From contig JAQCJP010000003.1 of NCBI GenBank assembly GCA_027592945.1, forward strand, positions 1 through 44,173: 44,173 bases of DNA, given 5' to 3'. Below the pieces are notes generated by a model. The model searched no databases, had not been told where the DNA came from, and saw only the letters and a list, made by a program, of their open reading frames with translations. A program made the position numbers and the translations under genes. Shown in pieces: positions 1 to 8,455 of the stretch (position 1 is its first letter; the number at the start of each line of letters is the position of its first letter). Origin of the DNA: Planctomycetota bacterium (lineage in GTDB: Bacteria; Planctomycetota; Planctomycetia; Pirellulales; UBA1268).

Positions 1-96
1 ACTCGCCGCGATGGCCGGCGGCACCACGCGACCCCGCCGGAAAAGCTGACCAGCGTGAACGGGACGCCGATTCAGGCCGTGGTTGATCGTGGCCAT
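1..96 (-). CDS. possible N-terminal fragment of a CDS running off the left edge
   Basis: ATG at 96 (minus) opens a frame MATINHGLNRRPVHAG... that is still open at base 1; no recognisable domain. Confidence 0.2.
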   Translation of the reverse strand, partial: MATINHGLNRRPVHAGQLFRRGRVVPPAIAAS

Positions 97-111
97 GTGA
101 TCGTGGCCATG
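84..111. repeat. perfect 14-bp tandem duplication (TGATCGTGGCCATG)x2
   Basis: Read directly at 84-97 and 98-111. Confidence 0.9.
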
Positions 112-160
112 AAGGCTAGTTCGGTGGAACGAAGCAGCACCAACCACACCCAGTGAGCCT

Positions 161-1324
161 TTATCGCCCGTTCCGCTCCATGATCTGGTCGATCGCCTCC
201 TGGCTGGCCGCCAGGACCTCGACACACTCCGGATCGACCTTGCCGGCGGATGCCAGCCCGCAGAGATGCTCGAGCGCCGCCGCGGCCGTCCATGCCCGCT
301 TGTAGTCACGCTGGCTCGTGAGGGCGTCGAAGATGTCGGCCACCGTCACGATCCGGGCCTCGAGCGGGATCGCCGTGCCGCGGAGCCCGCTCGGGTAGCC
401 GCTGCCGTCGAGGAGCTCATGGTGGGCGGCCACGATGTTCCGCAGCACCTCGATGCCTGCCATCTGCTCCAGGCGGAAATGCCGGATCAGCTTCTCGACG
501 AGGTCGACGCCGAGCTCCACGTGGGTCGCCATCACGGTCCGTTCCTGCCGAGTGAGCGACTGCGGCTTGTGGAGAATCCCCTCGGGGATTCCGAGTTTGC
601 CGATGTCGTGCAACGGCGCAAACAAAAAGACCTGCTCCACGAACTCGTCGCTCAGGTCGTGGCGGGCCGTCAGCTGGCGGGCGATCAGTCGCGCGTAGCG
701 GGCCATCCGCTCGAGGTGCCCGGCCGAGTCGGAGTCGTGCAGCCGGGCAAACTCCCGGGCCACCCGCACCGAGCCGACTAACGCCCGCATGGCCGTCAGC
801 TGATGGCAGATCAGCATCCGGAGGAGGTTGACGTAGACCGCCAGCCGGTCGATGACCGCCTCACTAAAGACCGCCGGCTGGCGGGAGTCCATGAACAGGA
901 AGCCCTGGAGCTGATCACCGTCGAAGAGCGGCACGGTGTAGGACGAGCGGAAGCCCGCCTCGATGATGCGCCTGGAGTGGACGCTGCCGCCTGATGTCTG
1001 GGCCGGGATGTCGTCGAGCACCCTGCTGCTGCGGGTTGCCGCAAGCTCGCTGAGGCTGCGGCTGCCGCTCAGGGAAAACTCGTATCCCTGCAGCGGCGTG
1101 CCCGCCCGCGAACTGTCGACATAGGTCTTGAGGAGATCGGTGTCGGGGTCGTAGAGCACGCAGGCGATCTGGTCGACCTCGGGCACGACGCCGACGATCT
1201 GCTGATGGAGGCCGGCCAACCGCTCGCTCATCGTGACAGCCGGCTCGAGATCGAGCGACTGCAGCCGAGGCGGTTCTGGTCGTGGGGATGGCGTGGTCAT
1301 CAGCCGGTCGCTGCGGGTGGTCAT
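161..1324 (-). CDS. GAF + HD-GYP cyclic-di-nucleotide phosphodiesterase
   Basis: LHDIGK, HHELLDGSGYPSGL and ARIVTVADIFDALT motifs; N-terminal GAF-like region (RSSYTVPL...GFLFMDS). Start at 1324 (ATGA overlap with upstream gene) or 1300. Confidence 0.9.
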   Translation of the reverse strand: MTTRSDRLMTTPSPRPEPPRLQSLDLEPAVTMSERLAGLHQQIVGVVPEVDQIACVLYDPDTDLLKTYVDSSRAGTPLQGYEFSLSGSRSLSELAATRSSRVLDDIPAQTSGGSVHSRRIIEAGFRSSYTVPLFDGDQLQGFLFMDSRQPAVFSEAVIDRLAVYVNLLRMLICHQLTAMRALVGSVRVAREFARLHDSDSAGHLERMARYARLIARQLTARHDLSDEFVEQVFLFAPLHDIGKLGIPEGILHKPQSLTRQERTVMATHVELGVDLVEKLIRHFRLEQMAGIEVLRNIVAAHHELLDGSGYPSGLRGTAIPLEARIVTVADIFDALTSQRDYKRAWTAAAALEHLCGLASAGKVDPECVEVLAASQEAIDQIMERNGR

Positions 1325-2271
1325 GGGTCGGGCTGTTCTGGCAGGGCCGCGCAGGCGACGCGATTCCGTCCGGTCCGCTTGGCGGCATAGAGCCCGCGAT
1401 CGGCCAGATCCACGAGGCTGGCCGCTGAAGCGACGGCCTCGGGTGTCGCGGCGGCGGCGCCGGCCGAGATGGTCACGCCGCCGCCGGCTTCGGAGCAGCC
1501 GCAGGGGAGACGAGCGGTGCGGACGGCCGCCACGATCCGCTCCGCGGTGGCCACCGCTTCGTCGAGGTTCGCATCGGGCAAGACGGCCAGAAACTCCTCG
1601 CCGCCCCAACGCCCCAGCACCACCCCGGAACCCTCGCAGGCCTCCCGGATCGCGGCAGCGACCGCCACCAGACAGGCATCGCCGGCGAGGTGGCCGGAGG
1701 CGTCATTGAGCGCTTTGAAATGGTCGATGTCGGCCATCACGACGGCGAGCGATCCTCCCGTCTGCCGGCATCTCGTCCATTCCGCTTCGAGCACCGCATT
1801 GAGTTGCCGGCGGTTGACGAGGCCGGTGAGCGGGTCGGTCTCGGCCAGCGACCGAAGATCGCGGGTGGCCGCCGCGTCGCGGGAGTGCTTGGTGACCGCC
1901 AGGTCAATGGCGACCTTGAGATCACGGGCCCGAAACGGCTTGATCAGGTATCCAAAAGGGGAGACATCCAAGGCCCGGGCGAGGGTCGACTCGTCGGAGT
2001 GAGCCGTGAGAAAGACGATCGCCGTGTCGTGCCGGCTGCAGATCACCCGGGCCGTTTCGATTCCGTCGCCTCCGTTGGCTAACCTGACATCCATCAGCAC
2101 CAGGGCCGGCCGCTCCTGCACCGCCATCTCGACGGCATCATCGGCCGTATCGACCACGCCGCAGATCTCATACCCGAGCCCGGTCAGTTCGTTCGAGAGA
2201 TCGAGCGCGGTGACCGCCTCATCCTCGACAATCAGTACCCGAGGGCCCCGTTCGCTGTTGCTCGCCATCAT
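1321..2271 (-). CDS. response regulator (REC) - diguanylate cyclase (GGDEF)
   Basis: REC: LIVEDE, LMDV, FLTA, YLIKP; GGDEF: TDPLTGLVNRR, DIDHFKALND, RWGGEEF, ADRGLYAAKRTGRN. Confidence 0.95.
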   Translation of the reverse strand: MMASNSERGPRVLIVEDEAVTALDLSNELTGLGYEICGVVDTADDAVEMAVQERPALVLMDVRLANGGDGIETARVICSRHDTAIVFLTAHSDESTLARALDVSPFGYLIKPFRARDLKVAIDLAVTKHSRDAAATRDLRSLAETDPLTGLVNRRQLNAVLEAEWTRCRQTGGSLAVVMADIDHFKALNDASGHLAGDACLVAVAAAIREACEGSGVVLGRWGGEEFLAVLPDANLDEAVATAERIVAAVRTARLPCGCSEAGGGVTISAGAAAATPEAVASAASLVDLADRGLYAAKRTGRNRVACAALPEQPDP

Positions 2272-4259
2272 TCACTCCACCGGATCAGGACACCGTTGAT
2301 TCCATCTCGGGCGGCGACCGTTGCCGCGCCCCGAATCTGCCGGGTCAGCGAATCAATCAACTGCAGGCCGGTGCCGCGGCTGCCGCCGCTGGCCGGGCCG
2401 GGCCCGTCGTCCCCCACGAACAACTCGCAGGCATCGCCGCGGCGATGCAGGTGGGCCACGATCTGGCCCCGCTGGCGGGTCCTGAGGCCGTGCTTGAGGC
2501 CGTTGAGCACGAGCTCAGAGGCGATCAGCGAAAGGGGCACGGCATGATCGACCGAGACATGGAGCGGCTCGGCGGTGAGTGTGATGGCGACGTCGCAGCC
2601 GTCGGGCTTGTTGGAAGAAACCGTCAGCGAAAGCATCTCGCGGAGGAAGTCGGCAAAGTCGATGGCGGCGTAGTTGCCCGTCGAGTAGAGCCGATCGTGG
2701 ATCAGCGACATCGCCCGGATCCGTTCCCGGCACTCGAGAAACACCGCCCGGGGCCGGTCACCCTCGAGCTTGCCGGCCTGGATGCTCAGCAGGCTGGAAA
2801 TGACCTGCATGTTGTTCTTGATCCGGTGATGGACCTCCTTGAGCAGCGTCTCGGACTGAAAAAGTAGCCGCTGCTGCTCCTCGAACCGCTTGCGTTCGGC
2901 GATGTCGCGGAGGAACGCACAGGAGCCGGCCCCCGTGCTCGAGGGCACCGTCCAGGCGACCAGTTCGGCCGGGAAGGAGGAGCCGTCGGGCCGGGTCACG
3001 AGCACCTCCCGGGGGCCGGTATCGCTGGCCATTCCATGGGTGACATCGAGCAGCCCGACGGGCTTGCCGTCAGGCCATGTCAGGTGGAGCACGTCGTCGA
3101 CGGGCCGACCGATGGCCTCGGCCCGCGAGACTCCCAGGGAGGCTTCGGCTCGTCGATTCCATTCCTTCACGGTTCCGTCCGGCCCGACCTCGATGAAGCA
3201 GTCCGCAGCAGTCTCCAAGATGGACCGGAGCCGGTTTTCTTTTTCGGCCAGGGTGGCCGCTGAGGCCTGCTTCTCGGCCTCGAGGCGGGTCGCCTGGATG
3301 AGCGAGGCCGTTGAGGAGGCCAGCGGCGTGACAAGGTCGACGAGGTCTTGGGAGTAGCCGGATTCCCTATTGGCCAGACCGATCAGACCGACCATCTTGC
3401 CACCGTAGAAGCAGGGCAGCCCGAGAAACGAATGCATCGGAGGATGGCCCGGCGGCAGCCCACCTCGGCGGGAATCGGTCGCGGCCTGATTGGCGATGAC
3501 CGGCTCGTTGGTCGTCAGGGCGGCCCCGAAGAGCGTCTTGAGGTTGCGGAACTCGAAGCCGGTCAGCCGATTGGCCTCGTACAGGGCCCGGGTTTCCGGG
3601 TTCCAGGCGATGTTGGTGATCGCATGCGTCTTCAGGTAGGGCGTGCCGGCTTCGTCCTGCAGCACCTCGCCGATGAAGCCATATTCGCTGTCGGTGAAGC
3701 CGAGTATCCGATTCAGGAGGTCGGCAAAGAGCTGCTGCGATGCCACACCGGCAATGAACCGCTCCTGACTGGTGCGGACGATGTAGGCCATCTCCGCTGT
3801 CGCCTGCTCCTTGGACAACTGCTTGAAGTAGGCGGAGCGATCGCGAGCCACGCCGAGGTAGCCGACGGCCGTTCCGGCCTCGTCTCGCAGCCTCGAGACC
3901 GTCAGCAACACCGGAATCCGGCTGCCGTCCTTGCGAATGTAGGTCCAGGCCTCGGTGTGGGCCGCCTGATCCTGGAGCGGTCGCACAAAGGTGGCAAAGC
4001 CCGAGATCGGCTCGCCGTAGTGGCTGCTGAGACGGGCCGCCCGAGAGGCCACCTCGTCGGCGTCGTGAAAGGCCATTGGCGTGGCGACCCCGACCATTTC
4101 CGACTCGCTGTAGCCGAGCAAATCCTCAGCGGCCGGATTGAAGGCGGTGATCGTGCCCGTCGGCGAGGTCGCAATGATCGCCACCCCGGCATGGGCGATG
4201 ATCGCCTGGCTGATTTCAGCCGGGGTAGCCGTGGGGTCAGCCGGCGGGACAGTCATCAT
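2268..4259 (-). CDS. cytoplasmic PAS-GAF-PAS sensor histidine kinase, HisKA_2 type
   Basis: LLKEVHHRIKNNMQVISSLL H-box, ELVLNGLKHG N-box, DDGPG; two PAS/PAC regions and a GAF (FLGLP...GLIGLAN); no transmembrane segment evident. Confidence 0.93.
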   Translation of the reverse strand: MMTVPPADPTATPAEISQAIIAHAGVAIIATSPTGTITAFNPAAEDLLGYSESEMVGVATPMAFHDADEVASRAARLSSHYGEPISGFATFVRPLQDQAAHTEAWTYIRKDGSRIPVLLTVSRLRDEAGTAVGYLGVARDRSAYFKQLSKEQATAEMAYIVRTSQERFIAGVASQQLFADLLNRILGFTDSEYGFIGEVLQDEAGTPYLKTHAITNIAWNPETRALYEANRLTGFEFRNLKTLFGAALTTNEPVIANQAATDSRRGGLPPGHPPMHSFLGLPCFYGGKMVGLIGLANRESGYSQDLVDLVTPLASSTASLIQATRLEAEKQASAATLAEKENRLRSILETAADCFIEVGPDGTVKEWNRRAEASLGVSRAEAIGRPVDDVLHLTWPDGKPVGLLDVTHGMASDTGPREVLVTRPDGSSFPAELVAWTVPSSTGAGSCAFLRDIAERKRFEEQQRLLFQSETLLKEVHHRIKNNMQVISSLLSIQAGKLEGDRPRAVFLECRERIRAMSLIHDRLYSTGNYAAIDFADFLREMLSLTVSSNKPDGCDVAITLTAEPLHVSVDHAVPLSLIASELVLNGLKHGLRTRQRGQIVAHLHRRGDACELFVGDDGPGPASGGSRGTGLQLIDSLTRQIRGAATVAARDGINGVLIRWSE

Positions 4260-4274
4260 TGCCTGGCGGCCTTG

Positions 4275-4676
4275 TCAGGGCGACTGGAGAGGATCTCCTG
4301 CGATCGCCGCAGCCTCATCACCGGCAGGCGATGCAAGCCGATCCTGCCAGTGGCGATACGCCATGTCCAGCAACTCCCATTTCACCGCCGGGTCAGCGTT
4401 GCGAAAGGCGATCCCAAGCGTCCAGCCCAGGGGTGTTTTCTGCCGCTGCACGACCTCCCCCACGATGATTCCCGTCGGAGCCCCGGGAGGCGTGGCAAAG
4501 TGAATCTCAACCATCTCGGTGGGCTTGCCGAGGTCGTCACCAGTCTCCAAGGAGCAACCCTGGCGGGAGACATCCCGGATTGTCCCGGCAGCCGGTTCCA
4601 TCACGATTTCGTGGAGTCGGAAGGCACATCGGAGGCCGAGCGGATAGCGAATACTGCGGCGGTCGTCGGCGTTCAT
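4275..4676 (-). CDS. single-domain PilZ c-di-GMP receptor
   Basis: RxxxR (RRSIR) and D-x-S-x-x-G (DVSRQG) motifs; C-terminal LGIAF strand. Confidence 0.85.
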   Translation of the reverse strand: MNADDRRSIRYPLGLRCAFRLHEIVMEPAAGTIRDVSRQGCSLETGDDLGKPTEMVEIHFATPPGAPTGIIVGEVVQRQKTPLGWTLGIAFRNADPAVKWELLDMAYRHWQDRLASPAGDEAAAIAGDPLQSP

Positions 4677-4935
4677 GTCGATGTCCTCCCTGCCAGGCTG
4701 CCGAAGGAATACAGCCTATCTGTCATCGAATACTACGCAGGCCCCGGTCGCGAGGTCGTGCGATATCAGATCCACCCGCTTCAAGGCAGCCATCGGGCAG
4801 GGGACAGTTTCGGTGAGTGGAGCCCTGGCCCCCGCACGACCGTCCGTCATAATGGGTGGCGGATTCGGCACGGCATCGGCCGCCCCGCGGCGGTTTCCTG
4901 AACGAGAACCCACTCCGGCTCGCCCCACCCCATTT

Positions 4936-6000
4936 ATGCTCAACCCGCCCGGCGGTTCACCCCGCATCGATGACGTCCGGATCAGGAACCTCCGGCCGCT
5001 GCTGCCGCCGGCGATCCTCCACGAGGAGATGCCGGCCGGCGACGAAGTCGCCCGCCGGATCAGCCGGCATCGCGAGGACGTGCAGGCGATCCTGCAAGGA
5101 GCTGATCCCCGGCTGCTGGTGGTGGTGGGGCCCTGCTCGATCCACGACGTCAATGCTGCCCGGGAGTATGCCGCTCGCCTCGCGCCGCTGGCTGCCGAGT
5201 TTGCTGACCGGCTGAAAGTGGTCATGCGGGTCTACTTCGAGAAGCCCCGCACGACCGTCGGCTGGAAGGGGCTGATCAACGATCCGGGCCTCGACGGCAG
5301 CTTCCAGATCAACAACGGTCTGCGGGCGGCTCGCGGGCTGCTGGCCGACATCGCCGGCCTCGATCTGGCCGCCGGCTGCGAGTTTCTCGACACGATCACG
5401 CCCCAGTTCATCGCCGATCTTGTCAGCTGGGGGGCGATCGGCGCCCGTACCACCGAGAGCCAGGTGCACCGGGAACTGGCCAGCGGCCTCTCCTGCCCGG
5501 TCGGCTTCAAGAACAGCACCGATGGCCGCGTTGGCATCGCGATTGACGCGATCCGGGCCGCCGCGATCGGTCACCACTTTCTGTCGGTCACCAAGCAGGG
5601 CCTGGTCGCCATCGTCGAGACGACCGGCAACCCCGACTGCCATTTGATCCTGCGGGGCTCCGACCGGGGCCGCAACGACGACCCCGAGTCGGTGGCAGCC
5701 GCGGCGGCCGCCCTCCGAGATGCGGGGGTTTGCGAGCGGCTGATGGTCGATTGCTCCCACGGCAACAGCGGCAAGGATCACCGTCGCCAGCAGGATGTCG
5801 TTGCGAGCATCACGTCGCAGCGGGCAGCGGGCGGCTCACCGATCGTCGGGGCCATGATCGAGAGCCACCTGGTCGCGGGGCGGCAGGACTGCCGCGATCC
5901 GGCCGGCCTCGCCTACGGCCAGTCGATCACCGACGCCTGCGTCGGCTGGGAGGACACGGTAGAACTGCTCCACCGACTGGCCGAGCCGTCCTTCCGCTGA
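4936..6000 (+). CDS. aroG: 3-deoxy-7-phosphoheptulonate (DAHP) synthase, class I-alpha
   Basis: [62 protein letters not shown]; start at MLNPP. Confidence 0.95.
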   Translation: MLNPPGGSPRIDDVRIRNLRPLLPPAILHEEMPAGDEVARRISRHREDVQAILQGADPRLLVVVGPCSIHDVNAAREYAARLAPLAAEFADRLKVVMRVYFEKPRTTVGWKGLINDPGLDGSFQINNGLRAARGLLADIAGLDLAAGCEFLDTITPQFIADLVSWGAIGARTTESQVHRELASGLSCPVGFKNSTDGRVGIAIDAIRAAAIGHHFLSVTKQGLVAIVETTGNPDCHLILRGSDRGRNDDPESVAAAAAALRDAGVCERLMVDCSHGNSGKDHRRQQDVVASITSQRAAGGSPIVGAMIESHLVAGRQDCRDPAGLAYGQSITDACVGWEDTVELLHRLAEPSFR

Positions 6001-6058
6001 CCGGCTGCGGCAGGCCGGCCAGGCAGCACGCCGAGCCCTGAGGTTCCGAAAGATCGCC

Positions 6059-7012
6059 ATGACCGCCGCCCTGAGATCCCGTTCGTTCGCCAGGAATCAC
6101 CGTTCGCCTCGGGTCGGCTTCACCCTTGTCGAGCTGCTGGTGGTGATCGCGATCATCGCTACGCTGATCGGCCTCCTCCTGCCTGCCGTCCAGAGCGTCC
6201 GGGAGGCGGCCCGGCGGAGTGCCTGCAGCAACAATCTCCGCCAAATCGGCCTGGCGATCGCCGACCACGAGGTGGTTCGAAAAATCTTTCCCACGGGTCG
6301 GACCGTGCGGGATCCCTTCGGCTACTCCTGGTCGTTTCGGCTGTTGCCGCATCTTGAAGGGGGGTCGATCTTCGACAGTTATGTCGCCGAGGTGCCAGTC
6401 TGGGACGAGCGGAATGCCACCGCGATGCGCACCCCTGTGGCGACCTACTTCTGCCCGGGTCGCCGGGCTCCGGCGGCCGATCGCAACTTTGACAACAACG
6501 ACCAGCCGCCGGTGGTGCTTGGCCAGGCGGCCGGTGGAGACTACGCCGCCAATGCCGGCACCTACTTCAACTACGCTCCTCCCGAGGGCGGCGGCAGCGA
6601 CCCGCGGCTGGCCGGGCCGATCCACACCCTTTCGCGGGTGCGGGCCGCTCAGGTGAGCGACGGCCTGAGCAAGACCTTCGCCGTGGGCGAGCGGCACCTT
6701 CCGCCAGTCGATCCCTCCTGGCCGCCGGCCATGGTGCATCACCGGCAGGGCGATACCGCCTTCTTTGCGGCCGACACGCCGGCCACCCAGTTTCGCGACA
6801 CCTACCGCGGGCTTGCCTCTGCGCCGGACGATCGCAACACGCGGAAGTTTGGGAGCATGCACCCGGGCGTCGTGAGTTTCGTCTTTCTTGACGCCCACGT
6901 GCAGGCGATCTCGATCGACACCGATCTGAACGTGCTCCGCTGGTACAGTGCGATTGGCGACGGCAACGACCCCACTGCCCCGGGCGACGGCACCGACGAC
7001 GGGGGGAGTTGA
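6059..7012 (+). CDS. DUF1559 prepilin-type N-terminal cleavage/methylation protein
   Basis: [47 protein letters not shown]; DGLSKT...GER; FGSMHPG...FLDAHV. Confidence 0.95.
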   Translation: MTAALRSRSFARNHRSPRVGFTLVELLVVIAIIATLIGLLLPAVQSVREAARRSACSNNLRQIGLAIADHEVVRKIFPTGRTVRDPFGYSWSFRLLPHLEGGSIFDSYVAEVPVWDERNATAMRTPVATYFCPGRRAPAADRNFDNNDQPPVVLGQAAGGDYAANAGTYFNYAPPEGGGSDPRLAGPIHTLSRVRAAQVSDGLSKTFAVGERHLPPVDPSWPPAMVHHRQGDTAFFAADTPATQFRDTYRGLASAPDDRNTRKFGSMHPGVVSFVFLDAHVQAISIDTDLNVLRWYSAIGDGNDPTAPGDGTDDGGS

Positions 7013-7854
7013 ATCGCCCGGCTCGGAGGCACGCCCCGAAGGCGTTGCCCGCCCGGCAGCCCTGCCGGAGGATCACCACGATTTCCATCGACCTCGCCTT
7101 CAGCGACACTGGCTCCGGCCGTCCGCTGGTCATCCTGCACGGCCTCTTTGGCTCGAAGCGGAACTGGGCCGGTATCGCCCATCGGCTGGCAGCGGTCCGT
7201 CGGGTGGTGGTGCCCGATCTGCGGAATCACGGGGAGAGCCCCTGGGATCCGCGACACGACTACCCGGCCATGGCCGACGACGTGGCCGACCTGATCGCGC
7301 GGCGGATCGGGCCGCCGGCCGACGTGATCGGCCACAGCATGGGGGGCAAGGCGGCGATGACCCTCGCCCTCACCAGGCCGGAACTCGTCCGGCGGCTAAT
7401 CGTGGTCGACATCGCGCCGGCTCCCTCCACGGGCACGCCCGTTGAGTATGTCCGGGCGCTCAAGGCGGTGCCGCTGGGCGAGTACAGCCAGCGGCTCGAC
7501 GTCAAGGAGGCGTTGGCGACGGCGATCCCCGATCCGGCCGTGCGGGGCTTTCTGACGCTCAATCTCACCTCCGGACCAGACGGCTTTGCCTGGACGGTGA
7601 ATCTCGACGCCCTGGAGTCCAACTTTGAGGCGATCCTCGGCTTCCCCGAGGTGCCCGCCGGCTGGCGGTTCACGGGGCCGACCCTCTTCCTGACGGGCGG
7701 CCGCTCACCATATGTCCAGCCGGAGCACAGGCCCGAGATCGAGCGGCTCTTTCCGGCAGCGACATTCGAGGTGATCGCGGACGCCGGCCACTGGGTGCAC
7801 GCCGACGCGGCCGACGCGTTCGTGGCCGCCTGCGAGCGTTTTCTCGGCTACTGA
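7009..7854 (+). CDS. alpha/beta hydrolase (YbfF/ABHD11-like esterase)
   Basis: LHGLFGS, DLRNHG, GHSMGGK nucleophile elbow, AGHWVHAD; start uncertain (TTG). Confidence 0.9.
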   Translation: MNRPARRHAPKALPARQPCRRITTISIDLAFSDTGSGRPLVILHGLFGSKRNWAGIAHRLAAVRRVVVPDLRNHGESPWDPRHDYPAMADDVADLIARRIGPPADVIGHSMGGKAAMTLALTRPELVRRLIVVDIAPAPSTGTPVEYVRALKAVPLGEYSQRLDVKEALATAIPDPAVRGFLTLNLTSGPDGFAWTVNLDALESNFEAILGFPEVPAGWRFTGPTLFLTGGRSPYVQPEHRPEIERLFPAATFEVIADAGHWVHADAADAFVAACERFLGY

Positions 7855-8053
7855 GCAGTTTTGGCCCCGTTGGGCTGTGTTCCAGGAAGGGCCGTGCGGG
7901 GCAAATCGCCGCCGACTGCCCGTCGCGGCCAAACAAAAATCTAACTCGCTACGTATCAAATTCTCTTGCAGGATGATTGGACAGCCTCCCTACGATTTCA
8001 TCGATTCGAGGGTTGCCACACGCCACCGACTACCAGGGCCAAGGAGGGACGTC

Positions 8054-8338
8054 ATGCGACGTGAAGAGTTGCTTTCGCTCTGTGACCGGTTTGCCAGCCG
8101 CCGCCGGCAGTTGCTCGTCGGCCGACTGAGTGTTGAATTGATCGATCCGGTGGGCGATCCCGTGCCGGAGATTCTCCGGAGTTTTCGCGAGGCGGAAATC
8201 TCCGAAAGCGAGAAGAACGCCCTGCTTTCAATGGTCTGCGACGAGGACGAGCCGGGCTTCTGCGACGATGAGGTCTGCATCACAGATCCCTACGCCGACG
8301 AACTGGCCGTCGCCTGCGACGACGACGACCTCCCCTGA
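8054..8338 (+). CDS. small hypothetical protein (94 aa) with Cys/Asp-rich acidic tail
   Basis: Strong SD AAGGAGG at 8041-8047 before ATG 8054; fills the gap between genes. Confidence 0.7.
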   Translation: MRREELLSLCDRFASRRRQLLVGRLSVELIDPVGDPVPEILRSFREAEISESEKNALLSMVCDEDEPGFCDDEVCITDPYADELAVACDDDDLP

Positions 8339-8382
8339 GCAGCCCCACCTCTCGCGAGCCCGGATTCCGCGCGTCCTCGAGT

Positions 8383-8433
8383 TGGAAAAGGGTACAGGCA
8401 CCTCGCTTCGCTCGGAGCCAGTCCCCTTTTCCA
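8383..8433. repeat. imperfect 17-bp inverted repeat (REP-like element / possible bidirectional terminator)
   Basis: TGGAAAAGGGTACAGGC ... GCCAGTCCCCTTTTCCA (2 mismatches), between convergent genes. Confidence 0.75.
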
Positions 8434-8455
8434 TAGGCCTCCCGGCCTCACCCGG

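Noticed and set aside
1325-1609. Long N-terminal extensions in the ORF track (also 4675, 10693, 14113, 24089, 26861)
   Set aside because: They overlap neighbouring genes or are Arg-rich nonsense; downstream starts fit the domain boundaries or SD sites better
4677-4935. Searched for a c-di-GMP riboswitch upstream of the PilZ operon
   Set aside because: No recognisable c-di-GMP-I/II consensus by eye
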